The translations under genes were made by a program, and so were the position numbers. Below the pieces are notes generated by a model. The model saw only the letters and a list, made by a program, of their open reading frames with translations, was not told the DNA's origin and did not search any database. Positions 28,850-32,000 of a DNA stretch of 32,000 bases are shown piece after piece (positions within the stretch are counted from its first letter, which is position 1; each line of letters opens with the position of its first letter). The stretch is from Candidatus Baldrarchaeota archaeon (GTDB taxonomy: Archaea; Asgardarchaeota; Baldrarchaeia; Baldrarchaeales; DXJG01): NCBI GenBank assembly GCA_019056805.1, contig DXJG01000013.1, positions 818-32,817 on the forward strand, read 5' to 3'.

Positions 28850-29314
28850 TTAAATGTGTTCGTGATGTCCGTGTCTATGCATTTTACAAGCATTTTTATC
28901 TGTTGCCTCTTGAAGTTTTCCGGCCTTCCATGCTTCAATAACTTCTCTCACAGTTCCTGTCGCACCAACGTAGACTTCAATTCCAAACTGTTCAAACATT
29001 TTAATCGCTCTCGGGCCAATACCTGAACAAAGCATCACATCCACACCATGTTCCCTCATTATCTCCGGCGGATACCCGCTTCCACCCATATGCATACTTG
29101 TATTCGGAATAACTTTGACCTCCCCTGTTTTTAAATTAAAAATTGTGAATGTTGGAGCTCTTCCAAAATGATCACTAACATAATCATTTAAACCTCCATG
29201 TCCAAGTGTTGGGACACAAACCCTTATATTCTCACTTTCTTTCTTGATATTTGATTTTTTCATCGTTTCAAGCAGTTTTTTCCTTTTTATTCTTTCAAGT
29301 TCAAAATTTTTCAT
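28850..29314 (-). CDS. NifB/NifX-like (FeMo-cofactor-binding fold) protein with His-rich tail
   Basis: VSDHFGRAPTF, GVDVMLCSGIGPRA, IEVY motifs; tail CKMHRHGHHEH. Confidence 0.88.
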   Translation of the reverse strand: MKNFELERIKRKKLLETMKKSNIKKESENIRVCVPTLGHGGLNDYVSDHFGRAPTFTIFNLKTGEVKVIPNTSMHMGGSGYPPEIMREHGVDVMLCSGIGPRAIKMFEQFGIEVYVGATGTVREVIEAWKAGKLQEATDKNACKMHRHGHHEHI

Positions 29315-29626
29315 ATATTTCTACCTCCATTCTTGTTCACATATTTTTAGGCACCTAAGGCTGATTTCCAATAAGGATTACCCACGATGCAAAAAATGAT
29401 GTAGGGGATAATAGAGTGGTTAAAGATCATTTTTAGGGAAACCTAACTTCCAATTGCGTATTTTACGTTTAACAATTTATGTGTATATGCATTAAAATAT
29501 TTCGTACTCTAATTAGGATAAGATGTTAAAAATTGAAACTTAAAATTAAAATTTCATAATCTAGGATCTTTAAATTTCATTTTAATGATTAAAAGCTAAT
29601 ACGATATAGTAAATTGACTTTATAAA

Positions 29627-29941
29627 TTGTTATTTCTAACATGTTACTCTATCGACGATTCTTTCAACATTCCAGGTTTATATCTTGCCCAAAAAAAGAT
29701 ACTCAGAATAAACAATGAGAACTGTAAACATTACCTTGAGGCATTAGATAAAATAAGGGTATGTCCTTTCCTTAAAAGACAAATTGCATTTCCTAGCAGT
29801 TACATCTATATATGCGAGGCCTCTAAGTATGTGCATGTTTCATTCTCAAAGATAAACGAAGTACAACTCTCCAAGCATTATAGAAAGAAAAATAGAAAAA
29901 TTAGTAAAATAAAACAAATAAACTTTGAAATGTTTGATTAG
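29627..29941 (+). pseudogene. Partial duplicate of the Cys-repeat region of 30026-30973
   Basis: 29 of 46 aa identical to the downstream gene over 29723-29861 versus 30716-30854; lacks the remaining Cys residues and a convincing start. Confidence 0.6.
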
Positions 29942-30025
29942 TTGATCTTATTTCTATATTTAGAATGGAGTTAAGGTTTAATGGTTTAGTTGCATAATAT
30001 TTAGCTAAGAGGGGGTGATGTTAAA

Positions 30026-30973
30026 TTGGGTTATTATATGAAGTTACTAGTAGATTCGGCTTTTTCAGTCTTGTACTTTGTTATTTCCCGCAAAATTGGC
30101 AAAAATTATGGGAGATGTTTTAAACTTAAAAATGGGAGGCTATGCGGAGTAATCATGTGTGAAAATTATATCCCCAGTTTTATAGGGTTGGCTTCAATAG
30201 CCTTTATATTAAGGGAGGAAGAGAACAACAAGACAGTTTTAGAAATATTTTCATATGGTGGCATAATTCCAAGACATTTCGGTATGTTTTCAAGCCGTTT
30301 CAGCGTAGTTTCAGGCAATCTAATTTATCAACAACATAAACAACGTGTTCATAATGTCTCTAAAATGCTGAAAAATCTTGGATTTAAATATGAAATATTA
30401 GAGGAAATTCGTGACTTTACTTCTCAAAGTATTTCTTCTGAACTTGAAAAACTAATTTTAGAAAAGGGAGAGCTAACTTTCGAGAAGAAAAGGTTAGAGA
30501 ATATAGAATTGAAGAAAGAAATCGTGGAGAGACGTGAACCTGTTCAATTTCTACCAGAAAAGATGAGGAGTTTAGCTCCTTGCCCTTTCCTAGAAATTTC
30601 ACCAGAGTTTTCAGATATTTATATTTGCGGCGTTTCAAAACATGTTTATGTTACTCAAAGCTCTCTAAGCGAAAAAGAGGCTATAGATAGATGTACTGGA
30701 AATCATTACACGGGCTGTAAAAATTATCTTGAAGCATTAAATAAATTGAAAATGTGTCCTTTTCCTAAACGACGGGTTGTACTTCCTGGTAGGTACATTT
30801 ACATCTGTGAGACCTCAAAATATGTACAAGTTCCATTTTCAAAGCTAGATGAAGAAGATTTGCTAAGATACTGTGTTGAAAATAGATACTATGATTGCAC
30901 CTACTACTTAAACACATTAAACATAATAGAAAAAAGAATAAAGGAAATAGAGAAGAAAATAGCAGAAAAGTAG
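30026..30973 (+). CDS. Hypothetical protein: DUF6054-like N-terminal domain plus two Cys4 repeats
   Basis: The N-terminal CGVIMCENY...IFSYGG match is weak. Repeats are C-x14/16-C-x21-C-x7-C starting with CPF. Confidence 0.6.
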   Translation: MGYYMKLLVDSAFSVLYFVISRKIGKNYGRCFKLKNGRLCGVIMCENYIPSFIGLASIAFILREEENNKTVLEIFSYGGIIPRHFGMFSSRFSVVSGNLIYQQHKQRVHNVSKMLKNLGFKYEILEEIRDFTSQSISSELEKLILEKGELTFEKKRLENIELKKEIVERREPVQFLPEKMRSLAPCPFLEISPEFSDIYICGVSKHVYVTQSSLSEKEAIDRCTGNHYTGCKNYLEALNKLKMCPFPKRRVVLPGRYIYICETSKYVQVPFSKLDEEDLLRYCVENRYYDCTYYLNTLNIIEKRIKEIEKKIAEK

Positions 30974-31102
30974 AATTTTGAAAAAAGCAAGTGCAACTTT
31001 ATATACGTGTATGTTTGATCGCTTTTATCAAAATGACTGGAGGTAAAGCTCTCCCCATTTCTTAATCATTTTAATAGCTTCATCGTAATCTTTTTGTGCT
31101 TT

Positions 31103-31230
31103 GAGAAATTAAGGGAATTCAACATAAGACATGTTAGGCTTAGTGTTTTATCGGAAACATAGCCGCTGTAAAATTTTATGAAAAGCATGAATTCAAAATT
31201 TGTCGACATGACATGTTAAAAAGTATTTGA
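31103..31230 (+). pseudogene. GNAT acetyltransferase C-terminal remnant
   Basis: EKLREFNIRHVRLSVLS(E)NIAAVKFYEKHEFKICRHDMLKSI*, readable with one A restored at 31155-31157; the N-terminal part is absent. Confidence 0.65.
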
Positions 31231-31327
31231 GTTTAGATAAATTTATCACAGCTAGCTTTAACTCACATTTGTTGTTAATATTTGAAAAGAAATTTATTAG
31301 TGGAAATTTGTTAGGTCTGGTGATTTT

Positions 31328-31909
31328 ATGAAGATAATTCCCGAGGAATTTATTAATTGTATTTTTGTTAAGCGTAGAGAACTTATTGAGAAAATGCTTA
31401 GTGGCAAGGTTGGAGAACACGAAGCTTATCTTGGGCTTTTGAAACATACACCTGCTATTACAACCTATGGTAGTGCTGGTCTAAACGCCAGCGTGAAAGG
31501 AATAGTTTTATACATAAAGAAAAATATCTTAAAGAAACTATTCAAACTTTACGAAAATACATGAAAGAGAAGCGGAATCAAATAGAGGCTTTAAATTTTC
31601 TCCTAGAACACATATATCAGCGAGATAAAATCGATTTTACAGAGTTAACATCAATTGAGTTGGCACGTAAACATACATGGACTAATGTTAACGAAAACCC
31701 CATTGCAACCATAATTTTCTACTATCCTCCAATGATAAGTTACGAAGTACGTTGCAACGTTAAAATACACTTAAACGATGAGATACATGAACCTATATCA
31801 CGGAGGAAAACCACAAAGCAACAAATGGAATGAAAGACCAGTATACGTTTTCCATATCCAAGAAATATATGATAACTCGCCAATGAAAATGGGACAAAAA
31901 ATCTATTAA
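31328..31909 (+). pseudogene. Doubly frameshifted gene resembling archaeal split-barrel (pyridoxamine 5'-phosphate oxidase-like) proteins
   Basis: Three consecutive frames: ...NASVKGI / (G)FIHKEKYL...ELARKHTW...YYPPMISYEVR...IH / (D)LYHGG...RPVYVFHIQEIYDNS...KIY*. Breaks at about 31505 and about 31790. Confidence 0.6.
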
Positions 31910-32000
31910 AATTCCGAACAAAATCACTTTTCTTCGTTTTTAGCTAAAATAAAGTAAAAGCTTAGATAAAAATAATAGATTATATTATGTTATGGGATGG

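Noticed and set aside
28850-29314. Nitrogen fixation
   Set aside because: NifX-like domains are widespread in non-diazotrophic archaea; no nifHDK/ENB genes are present.
1-32000. CRISPR array, tRNA/rRNA, IS element or provirus
   Set aside because: No regularly spaced repeats, cloverleaf-like GC-rich segments, transposase, integrase or viral hallmark ORFs were seen by eye; a covariance-model search was not possible.

Overview
AT-rich archaeal window of about 30 genes. It has GGTGA/GGAGG Shine-Dalgarno sites and frequent TTG/GTG starts. An Asgard-like host is inferred from a tandem arrestin-fold protein and a large beta-helix/Ig-like/TM surface protein. No rRNA, tRNA, CRISPR array or transposase was recognised. 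Main blocks: (1) ChrB-like, HhH-GPD, arrestin-like and DUF1847 genes; (2) an acyl-CoA beta-oxidation cluster (thiolase, DUF35, HAD, ECH, SCP2, ADP-forming acyl-CoA synthetase alpha subunit); (3) membrane and regulatory genes plus rubrerythrin-VIT1; (4) a tandem pair of paralogous coiled-coil/winged-helix genes; (5) a ~1080-aa surface protein whose signal peptide lies in another frame, joined at an A-AAA-AAT slippery heptamer; (6) a metal-homeostasis region (CopA, YHS/TRASH chaperone, a tiny unannotated CC-tipped membrane protein, two identically positioned 15-bp palindromic boxes, Lrp-TRASH regulator, FTR1, AbrB-CC protein, VapBC, DUF364, NifX-like); (7) a decaying right end with a Cys4-repeat protein, its partial duplicate, a GNAT remnant and a doubly frameshifted pseudogene. 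All family assignments come from motif recognition by eye, without database searches.
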